A DNA stretch of 64,000 nt from Prolixibacteraceae bacterium (GTDB lineage Bacteria; Bacteroidota; Bacteroidia; Bacteroidales; Prolixibacteraceae): contig JAIBEZ010000017.1 in NCBI GenBank assembly GCA_019459485.1, forward strand, positions 1,498 to 65,497, given 5' to 3'. The notes beneath the pieces are model-generated. The model saw nothing but the letters and a program-made list of their open reading frames with translations, searched no databases and had not been told where the DNA came from. Positions 8,455 through 17,748 of the stretch are shown one piece after another. How positions within the stretch are numbered: the stretch's first letter is position 1; every line of letters begins with the position of its first letter. The position numbers were made by a program, and so were the translations under genes.

Positions 8455-10297
8455 GTTCTTTAGGAATTTCGAAAAAGAAAGTGGTACCTTTTTCAGGTTC
8501 TGAATCAACCCAGATTTTGCCACCAATTAATTCAACGAGGCCTTTGGCAATTGTCAGACCCAGGCCAATGCCACCGTATTTTCTGGAAAGGGTTTCATCC
8601 TCCTGCCTGAACTTTTCAAAAATGAAACATTGTTTTTCCGGTGAAATTCCTTTGCCGGTATCCTGAACAAAAAACCGAATGTGTTTATCCTGAATGGAAT
8701 AGCCGAAACGGATGAACCCGCTTTTTGTAAATTTTCCGGAATTATTAAGCAAAAGGCGGAAAATATGCCTGATTTTTAACTGATCTGAAACAACAATGCA
8801 TTGATCATCTGTAAGTTCCCTTATCAATTCAATAGTTAACTCAAGCTTGTCTTTAACCACCTTTTCTCCCTTGAACCAAATCAACAGCTCATCGAGAAGG
8901 CTATTCAAACAAAATGGAGATGTAGATAAACGAATTTGTCTGCTGTCGATTTTCGAAATATCTACAATGTTGGTAATCACATCGAGCAAACTTTGACTGC
9001 TGTCGTTGATAACATTAATGAATTCGTGGCGGTCTTCGTTTGATAAATTATCGTCATTAAGCAATTCTGCAAATCCCATTATACCGTTCATCGGGGTGCG
9101 CAATTCGTGCGACATGTTTGCCAAAAAGGATGTTTTCAGCCGATCACCTTCTTCCGCCTTTTCTAGTGCCGATTTGATTTCCTGTTCAGCTTTCTTTTGC
9201 TGAATTGAAGAGCTTATTTGTTGTGAAACGAACTCAAGCATATTTACATCTTCCGGGGTAAATGCGTTTTCATCCTCATAGCTTTGCAAAGCAAAAACGC
9301 CGATAGGTTTATCTTTTGTCAGCAATGGCAGACCCAGCCAAACCGCTGACGGTTCTCCCACAGATTTAACCAGACCGGCCTGTTTAAGCGCATCAACATC
9401 GGCCCGTTTTCCGAGCAGTGTCATTTTCGTTTTTATCACATAAGCCGACAACGATTTTCCGGCAGGGAAGCTTGTAATGTCGTCTTTTTCATCGGAATAA
9501 TAAGGTATTGTAAACGAATCAGAAATTTCATCATAAAGTGCGATGTAAAAATTTGTCACATCAATTAGTGATTCCAGCTGGTTCTGAATCATCAGAATCA
9601 GTTCGCCCAAATCATTTGACTTTGAAGTACATCTGGAAATGGAATACATTACTTTTTGTATTTGCTCGTCACGTTTACGTTTGGTAATATCTGTAAAAAC
9701 CGTTGCAAATTCACCAATTCGTGGGCTGAATGCCCAAACTTCAAAATATTTCCCTAATTCAACCGAATAGTTTTCAAACTGAACTGCTTCTCCAGTCAGG
9801 GCAACATTTCCATATAAGTCAATCCAGTATTTTTCAGTTTGCGGTAAAACCTCCTTTACTGTTTTTCCGATAATATAGCTGGCTTTCATGCCGGTTAGTT
9901 TTTCAAATGAGGGATTTGCCGAAAGATAGACATAGTCAACCGGCAGGCTGTTTTCATCCAGAATTATTTTATGGGACGCAAAACCCTGGGCTACATTTTC
10001 GAACATTAAACGGTAATTCGTTTCATTTTCCTGAACTTGTATGCTGTTTGCTTTTTCCTTCAATCCATTGACTGAAGCACTTGCCAACATTTCAATCAAA
10101 TTGTTGATTACGGAAAGATACTTGTCAGATTGTTCCTGCGATAATACGGGAACCTGATCACGTGCATGAACATATGCGATTTCTGACATTTTTTCATTTG
10201 TATCCTGTTGGAAAGTTGAGCCCGAATAAATTTCATTCAGGCCGTCAAGCATGGACTGAAACAATCTTACGTCTATCAGGTTGGGCATTTTAACCAT
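8432..10297 (-). CDS. PAS-GAF sensor histidine kinase
   Basis: PAS (ANPSFEKLTG), GAF (WLGLPL...GVFALQSY), H-box SHELRTPMNG, G boxes DTGKGI and GLGL. Confidence 0.9.
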   Translation of the reverse strand: MVKMPNLIDVRLFQSMLDGLNEIYSGSTFQQDTNEKMSEIAYVHARDQVPVLSQEQSDKYLSVINNLIEMLASASVNGLKEKANSIQVQENETNYRLMFENVAQGFASHKIILDENSLPVDYVYLSANPSFEKLTGMKASYIIGKTVKEVLPQTEKYWIDLYGNVALTGEAVQFENYSVELGKYFEVWAFSPRIGEFATVFTDITKRKRDEQIQKVMYSISRCTSKSNDLGELILMIQNQLESLIDVTNFYIALYDEISDSFTIPYYSDEKDDITSFPAGKSLSAYVIKTKMTLLGKRADVDALKQAGLVKSVGEPSAVWLGLPLLTKDKPIGVFALQSYEDENAFTPEDVNMLEFVSQQISSSIQQKKAEQEIKSALEKAEEGDRLKTSFLANMSHELRTPMNGIMGFAELLNDDNLSNEDRHEFINVINDSSQSLLDVITNIVDISKIDSRQIRLSTSPFCLNSLLDELLIWFKGEKVVKDKLELTIELIRELTDDQCIVVSDQLKIRHIFRLLLNNSGKFTKSGFIRFGYSIQDKHIRFFVQDTGKGISPEKQCFIFEKFRQEDETLSRKYGGIGLGLTIAKGLVELIGGKIWVDSEPEKGTTFFFEIPKELNRQSVF

Positions 10298-10492
10298 GCT
10301 GAAGAAGGGGTATAAATTGATTTTGGTTAAAGATTGAAATTTAATTTGATTCTAAAAACAGAATGGAACAGAAAATTGGAAAGAATGTGTGTGAAACATA
10401 CAAAATCGAAACAGTGTTAAATATGAATTTGTATCTTTAAAGGCCCTGAGATTCAATATCAATTACTTTATTATTTAACCAAAAAAATCACA

Positions 10493-10780
10493 ATGAGAAC
10501 AAGTAAGTTTTTTACCCTGACAATTTTTGTACTTTTTACAATTTTATTTTTATCATCCTGCGCCGAAGTCCAGAACGTGGAAGCCTGTGCAACAGGTCAT
10601 ACTTATGGTTTTTTCGGTGGATTGTGGCATGGCATCATTGCGCCTGTATCATTTGTCATAAGCTTGTTCAGCGATAATGTTGCAGTCTGGGCTGTCAACA
10701 ACAACGGCGGATGGTACTCTTTCGGGTTTCTTATTGGTGTTGGCAGTTTGGGGTTTGGCGGCAGCAAAGCCTCGCGTTAG
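10493..10780 (+). CDS. Small membrane lipoprotein of unknown function
   Basis: Lipobox LSSC; Gly/aromatic hydrophobic segments GFFGGLWHG and GGWYSFGFLIG. Confidence 0.7.
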   Translation: MRTSKFFTLTIFVLFTILFLSSCAEVQNVEACATGHTYGFFGGLWHGIIAPVSFVISLFSDNVAVWAVNNNGGWYSFGFLIGVGSLGFGGSKASR

Positions 10781-11019
10781 TTTCCACTTCGGTTACATTC
10801 CTTAAGCAGAAACAGTTGCATTATGGATGAAAAATAGAGGAATGAAAATATACGAAAAAGGAGAAAATAATCGTTGAGAAAAAGAATAATCAATTATAGC
10901 CGTTGTTTTTTCCTATTTTTAGTTACTTTGTCGTGATTTTTATAAAATAGAAAAGTTTGAGTTGGGATTTCTGTTTCACCCTACAGCACATAAAAAATAA
11001 ACTGAATATATAAACTAAC

Positions 11020-11520
11020 ATGGCAAACTCAAAGAATCCTCTCATATTTGTTGTCGAAGACAATCAGATATACAACAAGTTGGTTGTAAGTTATTTGAAA
11101 ACCAATAAATTCACCAGAGTTGAATCCTTTTTATCAGGAGAAGATGTGCTTAAAAATATGCATCAAAATCCTGATATCATCATTCAGGATTACCTGCTGG
11201 AAGGAATGACCGGAATTGAGGTTTTAATTAAGGCAAAGAAGACCAATCCAAATGTAGAGTTTATCTTTTTGTCGGGACAGGACAGTATTGACATTGCTAT
11301 TAACAGCATGAAATATGGCGCTTACGATTATATTGTTAAAGATCAGATGGCTCTTCAGAAAATGGTGAACAAAATACACAAGATCAATTCGGTTACCGAA
11401 CTTGTGACATCAAACAAGCGCTACAAAGTTGGGGTGATCTTGTTTTTTGTCGGACTTGCCTTGCTGGTTGTTATTACATTGTTTTTGGCAATCAAGTACC
11501 CGCAAGTATTTGGAATGTAA
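11020..11520 (+). CDS. Response regulator receiver domain with C-terminal transmembrane helix
   Basis: VVEDN, IIQDY (phospho-Asp), FLSG, YIVKD; hydrophobic tail GVILFFVGLALLVVITLFLAI. Confidence 0.85.
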   Translation: MANSKNPLIFVVEDNQIYNKLVVSYLKTNKFTRVESFLSGEDVLKNMHQNPDIIIQDYLLEGMTGIEVLIKAKKTNPNVEFIFLSGQDSIDIAINSMKYGAYDYIVKDQMALQKMVNKIHKINSVTELVTSNKRYKVGVILFFVGLALLVVITLFLAIKYPQVFGM

Positions 11521-11536
11521 AATCTTATTACTTTAT

Positions 11537-11582
11537 AAAAAAAACGAACCCGGCTCAGTTATCTGCCCGGGTTCGTTTTTTT
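11537..11582. terminator. Bidirectional intrinsic terminator
   Basis: AAAAAAACGAACCCGG / CCGGGTTCGTTTTTTT between convergent genes. Confidence 0.8.
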
Positions 11583-13263
11583 AGTTCGATTTTATGATGC
11601 GCCCTGCATCAAATATGCTGGCATACCCATCAGGTTTATGGAGTATTTCCAGAGCTTTTTCAACATCCTTATCGTCTCTCAATGCAGCCTTGATGGCTCC
11701 TTTCTGGTAATAATATCTCGAAACGATTTCATCCGACATCAGTTCAGAAACTTCGGCTTTAAAATGTTCAAGATCCTGATCAATATTGTGTCCAAGCTTC
11801 ACTTTCAGGGCTTCAAATTCAGTTTTCGATAATTCGTAATATTTCTCGCGTTTGGCAACTTCAAGCAGTTTTTCAAGCTGTCCTTCAGTTCTCGATTCGT
11901 ATTTAAAATCCTGTTTTTTAACAAATTGCACGAAATCATTATACATTTCAGGCGTAATCTCAAACTCTTCGGGTGCTGCAACTTTTTCGGTTTTGCTGTT
12001 GAAATAGGTTGCATAGTCGAATACGACCGACTGGGTTATCAGGTTGGCCGACAGATTGCTCAATACTTCATTGTCAACAGTAATATCAGGCACAACGCCA
12101 CCGCCGTCGAATACAATACGTCCTTTTTTTGTGGTGTATTTTGTAATCAGCGAGTCGGGTATTTCGCCCACACTTCCATCTTCGTTCCGGTTCGAATAAT
12201 CGAGCGCCTGAATACAGCGACCGCTCGGAATATAATATTTGGCTGTGGTGATTTTAAGTTTTGCATTGTAGCTTAAATCGCGGGTAGTCTGAACCAGTCC
12301 TTTTCCGAAAGTACGCGTTCCGACAATCATTCCGCGATCGAGGTCCTGAATAGCACCTGCAACAATTTCGGATGCGGAAGCCGATCCGCGATTGACTAAA
12401 ACAGCGATTGGCATTACTGTGTCAAGCGGGTTTTCGGTGGCGGTATAAACTTTGTCCCATTGTTTTACTTTGCCTTTCGTGCTTACAATTTCCTGGCCTT
12501 TGGGAATAAAAAGGTTCGAAATTCTGACAGCTTCCATTAACAAACCACCCGGGTTTGAACGTAAATCCAACACAAGCGATTTGGCTCCATGCTTTTCTTT
12601 CAGTTCGATAAATGCAATTTTAACCCGCTCGGTACAATCAACCGTGAAGTTTGAAAGTCGGATGTAGCCGGTTTCCTTGTCCAGCATTCCGTAATAGGGT
12701 ACAGGGTCGATCTGTATTTTCTCGCGGATAACTTCAATGTCCATCGGTTTTTTCTGTCCGTAGCGTTCAATTTTTATCAGTACCGATTTTCCGGCTGGTC
12801 CTTTTAAAAGGCTGCTCACATCTTCGGTTGAAAGCTTTTCGGTTGATTTACCGGCCACTTCAAGCAAAATATCGCCCGCTTTCAGTCCGCTTTTCTGTGC
12901 CGGAAATCCTTCGTACGGTTCAGCAATCACAATTTTATCTTTTTGTTTGCTGATCAGCGCTCCAATTCCGGCATATTCGCCGGTTGTCATAAACCTGAAA
13001 TCTTCCACATCGTCTTCCGAAATAAAATTGGTGTACGGGTCGAGCGATTCGAGCATCTTGTCGATACTGGTTTTTACAAGCTTGTTCGGATTCACATCGT
13101 CCACGTAAAACAGGTTCAATTCCCTGAAAAGGGTGTAGTAAATATCGAGGTTCTTGGCTATCTGGAAATTTTTATCGTCTTGTTTAAAGCTGTAAAAGCT
13201 TATGGCAAAAACTAAAATCCCAACAATAACAATCCCTGCTTTTTTTGTTCTGGAAAATTTCAT
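11581..13263 (-). CDS. S41 family C-terminal processing peptidase (CtpA/Prc-like)
   Basis: LESLDPYT, PDZ domain, DLRSNPGGLL, SASASEIVAGAIQD, RTFGKGLVQ. Confidence 0.92.
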   Translation of the reverse strand: MKFSRTKKAGIVIVGILVFAISFYSFKQDDKNFQIAKNLDIYYTLFRELNLFYVDDVNPNKLVKTSIDKMLESLDPYTNFISEDDVEDFRFMTTGEYAGIGALISKQKDKIVIAEPYEGFPAQKSGLKAGDILLEVAGKSTEKLSTEDVSSLLKGPAGKSVLIKIERYGQKKPMDIEVIREKIQIDPVPYYGMLDKETGYIRLSNFTVDCTERVKIAFIELKEKHGAKSLVLDLRSNPGGLLMEAVRISNLFIPKGQEIVSTKGKVKQWDKVYTATENPLDTVMPIAVLVNRGSASASEIVAGAIQDLDRGMIVGTRTFGKGLVQTTRDLSYNAKLKITTAKYYIPSGRCIQALDYSNRNEDGSVGEIPDSLITKYTTKKGRIVFDGGGVVPDITVDNEVLSNLSANLITQSVVFDYATYFNSKTEKVAAPEEFEITPEMYNDFVQFVKKQDFKYESRTEGQLEKLLEVAKREKYYELSKTEFEALKVKLGHNIDQDLEHFKAEVSELMSDEIVSRYYYQKGAIKAALRDDKDVEKALEILHKPDGYASIFDAGRIIKSN

Positions 13264-13402
13264 TTTTAACGTGTTGTTGATAAGGGGAACAAAAATAGTA
13301 AAAGCTTTGTTTTTATCGGCTTGACTTCTAGTCTTAAACGTTAATTATTCTTAACTGAATTTTTTCGCTATTTTGTGCTCCCGAATTTATAATTGGTATT
13401 CA

Positions 13403-14848
13403 ATGTCGAAACTTCAGATTTTCAAAAAATATCCTTCCCTGTTTTGGGTGGCCAACATCATCGAATTGTTTGAGCGTTATGCCTGGTATGGTTTTTACAT
13501 GGGTTTTGGCCTTTTTCTGGTGGGTTCGAAAGAAACCGGTGCCATGGGATTTTCGCCGGTTGAAAAAGGTGCGATCATGGGAACCGGCTCCATGTTGCTG
13601 TATTTTCTACCCATCCTGACAGGCGCCATTGCCGATAGAATCGGGTACAAAAAGGTGTTGTTACTGGCTTTTCTGCTATACAGTTCCGGATTTTATATGA
13701 TCCAGCAGTTCGACAGCTTCGGAATGGTTTTCTTTTCATTCATCTGGATTTGCGTGGGTGGGGCATTTTTTAAGCCCGTCATTTCGGCAACCATATCAAA
13801 AACAACCAACGAAGAAACGGCTTCCATCGGGTTTGGAATTTTTTACATGATGGTGAACATCGGCGGATTTATCGGCCCCTTTGTTGCCGGAATTGTACTG
13901 GGAAAAGGCTGGAATTTTGTGTTTATGTTGTCGATCGCAGCCATTGCAATTAACTTTCTGATTACGCTGTTATTTTTCAAGGAACCCAAAGAAATAAAGG
14001 AATCCACCACTTTCCTGAAATCTGTATTTCAACCGTTTATAAATATATTTTATACAATTATCAACTGGCGGTACAGCATGTTTTTGCTGATCATGTCGTT
14101 GTTTTGGGCAGCTTTCAACCAACTTTATTATTCGTTCCCGAATTTTGTGGTCGATTGGGTAAACACTGCAACCCTTTACAACGGAATTCATTCATTTTCA
14201 CCCTGGCTGGCCGAATTGATTGGATCCGATCCCGGGAGCATTGCCTTGACATTGAGTAGTATGGATGCTTTTTTTATCATTGTATTCCAATTGGTAGTTT
14301 CGGCATTTGTTATGCGATTCAGGCCACTGAATGCCATGATGGGCGGCATATTTGTTTTGGCTGTTGGCCTTGGAATGATGTTCTCGTTTCAAAACGGATG
14401 GATTATTCTTTTGGGATTGCTGATTTTTGGATTGGGCGAAATGGGGAGTTCGCCAAAATACACCGAATATGTGGGCAGCATTGCACCTCCCGACAAAAAA
14501 GCCTTGTACATGGGTTCATCGTTTCTGCCGATTGCTTTGGGACATCAGATTGCAGGTTTTATTTCCGGCGCACCTTACGAAAAAATTGCCGATAAACTTT
14601 TTCTCCTGAAATCAGAAGTCGCGAAACGCGGTTTAACCATTCCTGAAATAGTGGACGGATCGTTTACCAAAACCGACTATTTCAACGAAGCAGCCCGGCA
14701 GATGAACTTCAGTCAGCAACAATTGACCGATTTCCTTTGGACAAGTTATCACCCGCAGTCCATCTGGATTATTTTCAGTTCGCTGGCTTTAAGCGCTGTT
14801 GTTCTATTATTTTTGTACGACCGGTTTATTTTGCCGAAGAAAGAATAA
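13403..14848 (+). CDS. MFS transporter, POT/peptide-transporter-like
   Basis: ELFERYAWYG (ExxER) motif, GAIADRIG motif A, about 12 hydrophobic helices; start at MSKLQIFK. Confidence 0.85.
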   Translation: MSKLQIFKKYPSLFWVANIIELFERYAWYGFYMGFGLFLVGSKETGAMGFSPVEKGAIMGTGSMLLYFLPILTGAIADRIGYKKVLLLAFLLYSSGFYMIQQFDSFGMVFFSFIWICVGGAFFKPVISATISKTTNEETASIGFGIFYMMVNIGGFIGPFVAGIVLGKGWNFVFMLSIAAIAINFLITLLFFKEPKEIKESTTFLKSVFQPFINIFYTIINWRYSMFLLIMSLFWAAFNQLYYSFPNFVVDWVNTATLYNGIHSFSPWLAELIGSDPGSIALTLSSMDAFFIIVFQLVVSAFVMRFRPLNAMMGGIFVLAVGLGMMFSFQNGWIILLGLLIFGLGEMGSSPKYTEYVGSIAPPDKKALYMGSSFLPIALGHQIAGFISGAPYEKIADKLFLLKSEVAKRGLTIPEIVDGSFTKTDYFNEAARQMNFSQQQLTDFLWTSYHPQSIWIIFSSLALSAVVLLFLYDRFILPKKE

Positions 14849-14855
14849 AACAATT

Positions 14856-15064
14856 CCGTTCACTGAAGTGAACGGCAAAGGATATCTTACAATTAACAAA
14901 TATATATGATATTTAACGAGATAATATCCTTTGCTCCCGATTTTCATCGGGACAGGCTGTCTGGCTTGAGCCAACGGACGAAATGAAAATAGAAAAAAAC
15001 CGTCTGCGCAGTAATGATTTTTAAAGTGTTTCCTATTTTCGGACGCCTGCCAGCCGCAGGCAGG
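14856..15064. repeat. Cluster of different REP-like palindromes
   Basis: CCGTTCACTGAAGTGAACGG (14856-14875), GCAAAGGATAT/ATATCCTTTGC pair, TCCCGATTTTCATCGGGA (14935-14952), CCTGCC..GGCAGG (15046-15064). Confidence 0.6.
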
Positions 15065-15065
15065 G

Positions 15066-15103
15066 AATAGATGTCCCATTCAAAAATAGATGTCCCATTC
15101 AAA
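15066..15103 (+). repeat. 19-bp tandem direct repeat x2
   Basis: AATAGATGTCCCATTCAAA at 15066-15084 and 15085-15103. Confidence 0.9.
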
Positions 15104-15144
15104 AATGGACAATACAATAGAGATAAATAATTCAAACTGAAAGA

Positions 15145-16257
15145 ATGCAAAAACTCTTCATCATATTCTGCCTGATTTTGTTTGCAGCCCAACTTCAGGC
15201 TCAAACCCTGATTGATCTGAACAATCACTACAAAAACCTTGATACCACAGAGGTGAAAGAATTGAATTTCCGTTTCGAGAGCATGAGCTTTTTTCACAAT
15301 ACCGAATACATGGGCGATATTGTGGATGGTTACACCTGGACAGGCGCATGGGTACGGCCAAAGCTGAGCTATACTTTTTCTGAAAAACTGAAACTGGATG
15401 TTGGCGGTCACTTTTTGAGATACCATAGCCGCGATGATTTTACCGTTGTGCGTCCATGGTTTTCGGCACAATACCAGATGTTTCCGAAAATGAAAGCCAT
15501 TTTTGGAAACCTGAACGTAAATAAAAATCAGGGTTTGGTGAAACAACTTTGGGAACCGGAACGGATCATGACCGATGCCCCGCGCGAAGGCGTTCAGTTT
15601 TTGTACGAGTCGAAATACTTTGAGATGCAAAACTGGATGGGTTGGGAACAGTTTATTTTACGTGGCGATCCGTACCAGGAACATTTTACATTCGGGCTGA
15701 GTGGCCGCGCACAAATATTCCCCAATTCCGGTCTCAAAATTCACATACCCTTGCAAGTTCTGATTTACCACATGGGAGGCGAAATCGATTCGAGTCCGCT
15801 GGGGGTGGTTACCGATTTAAATTATGCCACCGGTCTTGAAACGCAATTCGATGTTGGCGGATTCCTGAAAGACATTGATTTGAACTTGCATTGGATTGGA
15901 TACGACTGCCCCGACGGACCAGCGCCTTATGGTTACAAAAGCGGACATGGTTATTCGGTAACTGTTGCCGGAGATACCCGTTTCGGAAAATTTTCGCTTG
16001 ATTACTGGAATGCTTACCAGTTTATAGCGCCCTACGGAAAACGCATTTACATGTCGATTTCAGACCGCGACATTGCTCTTTCCCAGCAGGATCGCTCGCA
16101 GGTAGCTTTCAATTATATGATGAAACAGCACATTCTGAAAGACATCGAATTTGCCTTTCAGGGCGAAGCACTCTACGACTTCCTGACCACCAAATTCTCA
16201 TTTGCTTTTGGATATTATTTGGTGATTAATCAGGATTTTTTGCTGAAGAGGTTTTAA
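15145..16257 (+). CDS. Probable outer-membrane beta-barrel protein of unknown function
   Basis: Signal peptide MQKLFIIFCLILFAAQLQA, alternating aromatic-rich strands, C-terminal Phe. Confidence 0.65.
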   Translation: MQKLFIIFCLILFAAQLQAQTLIDLNNHYKNLDTTEVKELNFRFESMSFFHNTEYMGDIVDGYTWTGAWVRPKLSYTFSEKLKLDVGGHFLRYHSRDDFTVVRPWFSAQYQMFPKMKAIFGNLNVNKNQGLVKQLWEPERIMTDAPREGVQFLYESKYFEMQNWMGWEQFILRGDPYQEHFTFGLSGRAQIFPNSGLKIHIPLQVLIYHMGGEIDSSPLGVVTDLNYATGLETQFDVGGFLKDIDLNLHWIGYDCPDGPAPYGYKSGHGYSVTVAGDTRFGKFSLDYWNAYQFIAPYGKRIYMSISDRDIALSQQDRSQVAFNYMMKQHILKDIEFAFQGEALYDFLTTKFSFAFGYYLVINQDFLLKRF

Positions 16258-16268
16258 AATTTACCCAC

Positions 16269-17522
16269 ATGCTGACCGAACGTGAACACATAGGGATTTT
16301 TGGCAAAATGAATTCAGGCAAAAGTAGCCTGATGAATTTATTGACCCAACAGGAAACATCCATTACCGATTCAACTCCCGGCACTACCGCCGATGTGAAA
16401 ATTGCCCTTCAGGAAATTCATGGATTGGGGCCTGTAAAGTTTTTCGATACGGCTGGGCTGGATGAAGGAACACTTCTTGGCGCTAAAAAAAGGGAAAAGG
16501 TGATGAATGTGCTGAAGGAATGTGACCTTGTTTTATTGGTCATCGACCCGTCAACCAAAGTATTTGATTCTGAAAACCAAATTATTGAGGCAGCGCGTGA
16601 GCTTGACAAGCAGATATTGGTTATTTATAACCTGTTTGAAATAGCGGGCAACAGGCTTCCCGATGAAATCGAAACGCAGATTCCTTTGTTGAAATTTATT
16701 CCTTCTATTACCTTATCTGCAATAGACGTTTCGTTCCGACAGTCGCTCCTGAACTTTATTCTTAACAATTATGATCCGAAGTTTCAGAAAACGGACTTAC
16801 TGCCTTTCGTTGAAAAGGATCAGTTTTACATTCTGAATATTCCTATGGATGAAGAAACGCCGCCGGGGCGATACCTCCGTCCACAGGCAATGGCCGAGGA
16901 ATACATTACACGAAACTGGGCATTTCCGATTTCGTACCGGATGAATTTAGGAGTCGCCCGTAGCGAAAACCCGCAGCCGGAAAAAGATCGTTTCGATGCT
17001 TTTCTGAATAGCCTGGGTCGTAGGCCAAAAGCCCTTATTACCGACTCGCAGGCCATGGATATCATGGCAAAATGGACGCCTCCGGATATTATGCTGACCA
17101 CCTTTTCGATCATGATGATCAATTTTATGAGCAAGGGAAGGATTTACGAATTTTATGAAGGCATCAAAGCCCTCGATAAGCTGCAACCCGGCGACAAGGT
17201 GCTGATTGCCGAAGCATGCAACCATTCGCGGATCAACGAAGATATCGGGACTGTACAAATTCCGCGAAAAATTAACCAAACGTTTCCGGGTGTAATCATC
17301 GACCATAATTTTGGCAGGGAATTTCAGACAAACAGCGAATTGGGCAACTACAAACTGATCATCCATTGCGGTGGCTGTATGATCAGTCACCAAAAATTAC
17401 AGGCCCGCCTGCGCGATTTGCGCCATGCCGGTGTTCCAGTAACCAACTACGGGGTGTTTCTTTCGTGGATGCAGGGACAGGCAGCGCTGGAGCGGGTAAT
17501 GGAACCATGGAGAAAAGATTAA
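16269..17522 (+). CDS. hydF: [FeFe]-hydrogenase maturation GTPase HydF family
   Basis: GKMNSGKS, PGTT, DTAG, and C-terminal EACNH...HCGGCM Fe-S motif, VPVTNYG. Confidence 0.88.
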   Translation: MLTEREHIGIFGKMNSGKSSLMNLLTQQETSITDSTPGTTADVKIALQEIHGLGPVKFFDTAGLDEGTLLGAKKREKVMNVLKECDLVLLVIDPSTKVFDSENQIIEAARELDKQILVIYNLFEIAGNRLPDEIETQIPLLKFIPSITLSAIDVSFRQSLLNFILNNYDPKFQKTDLLPFVEKDQFYILNIPMDEETPPGRYLRPQAMAEEYITRNWAFPISYRMNLGVARSENPQPEKDRFDAFLNSLGRRPKALITDSQAMDIMAKWTPPDIMLTTFSIMMINFMSKGRIYEFYEGIKALDKLQPGDKVLIAEACNHSRINEDIGTVQIPRKINQTFPGVIIDHNFGREFQTNSELGNYKLIIHCGGCMISHQKLQARLRDLRHAGVPVTNYGVFLSWMQGQAALERVMEPWRKD

Positions 17523-17528
17523 TTTTAA

Positions 17529-17585
17529 TTCGCCTTTGGCAATTATTTGGTTGTCAATCAGGATTTCTTGCTGAAGAGGTTTTGA
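17529..17585 (+). repeat. Second copy of the 3' end of the 15145..16257 gene
   Basis: 48/57 nt identical to 16201-16257; translates FAFGNYLVVNQDFLLKRF* versus FAFGYYLVINQDFLLKRF*. Confidence 0.9.
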
Positions 17586-17591
17586 TGAAAT

Positions 17592-17629
17592 AAAAAAGAG
17601 AAGCTGCCAACTGGCTGAGCAGCTTCTCT
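17592..17629. terminator. Intrinsic terminator (U-run on minus strand; may be bidirectional)
   Basis: AGAGAAGCTGC / GCAGCTTCTCT stem preceded by an A run. Confidence 0.7.
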
Positions 17630-17748
17630 GATGTATAAAACTTTGTTAAGTAAAGCTTATTATCCTATGCTTAGTGTTATTTCACAACTAATTTAACTTG
17701 CAGGTTTCCTTGTATTTAACCCGAAATATATAATCGTTCGTTCTCATT

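Noticed and set aside
15066-15110. Possible mini-CRISPR
   Set aside because: Two adjacent 19-bp copies with no spacers and no cas genes.
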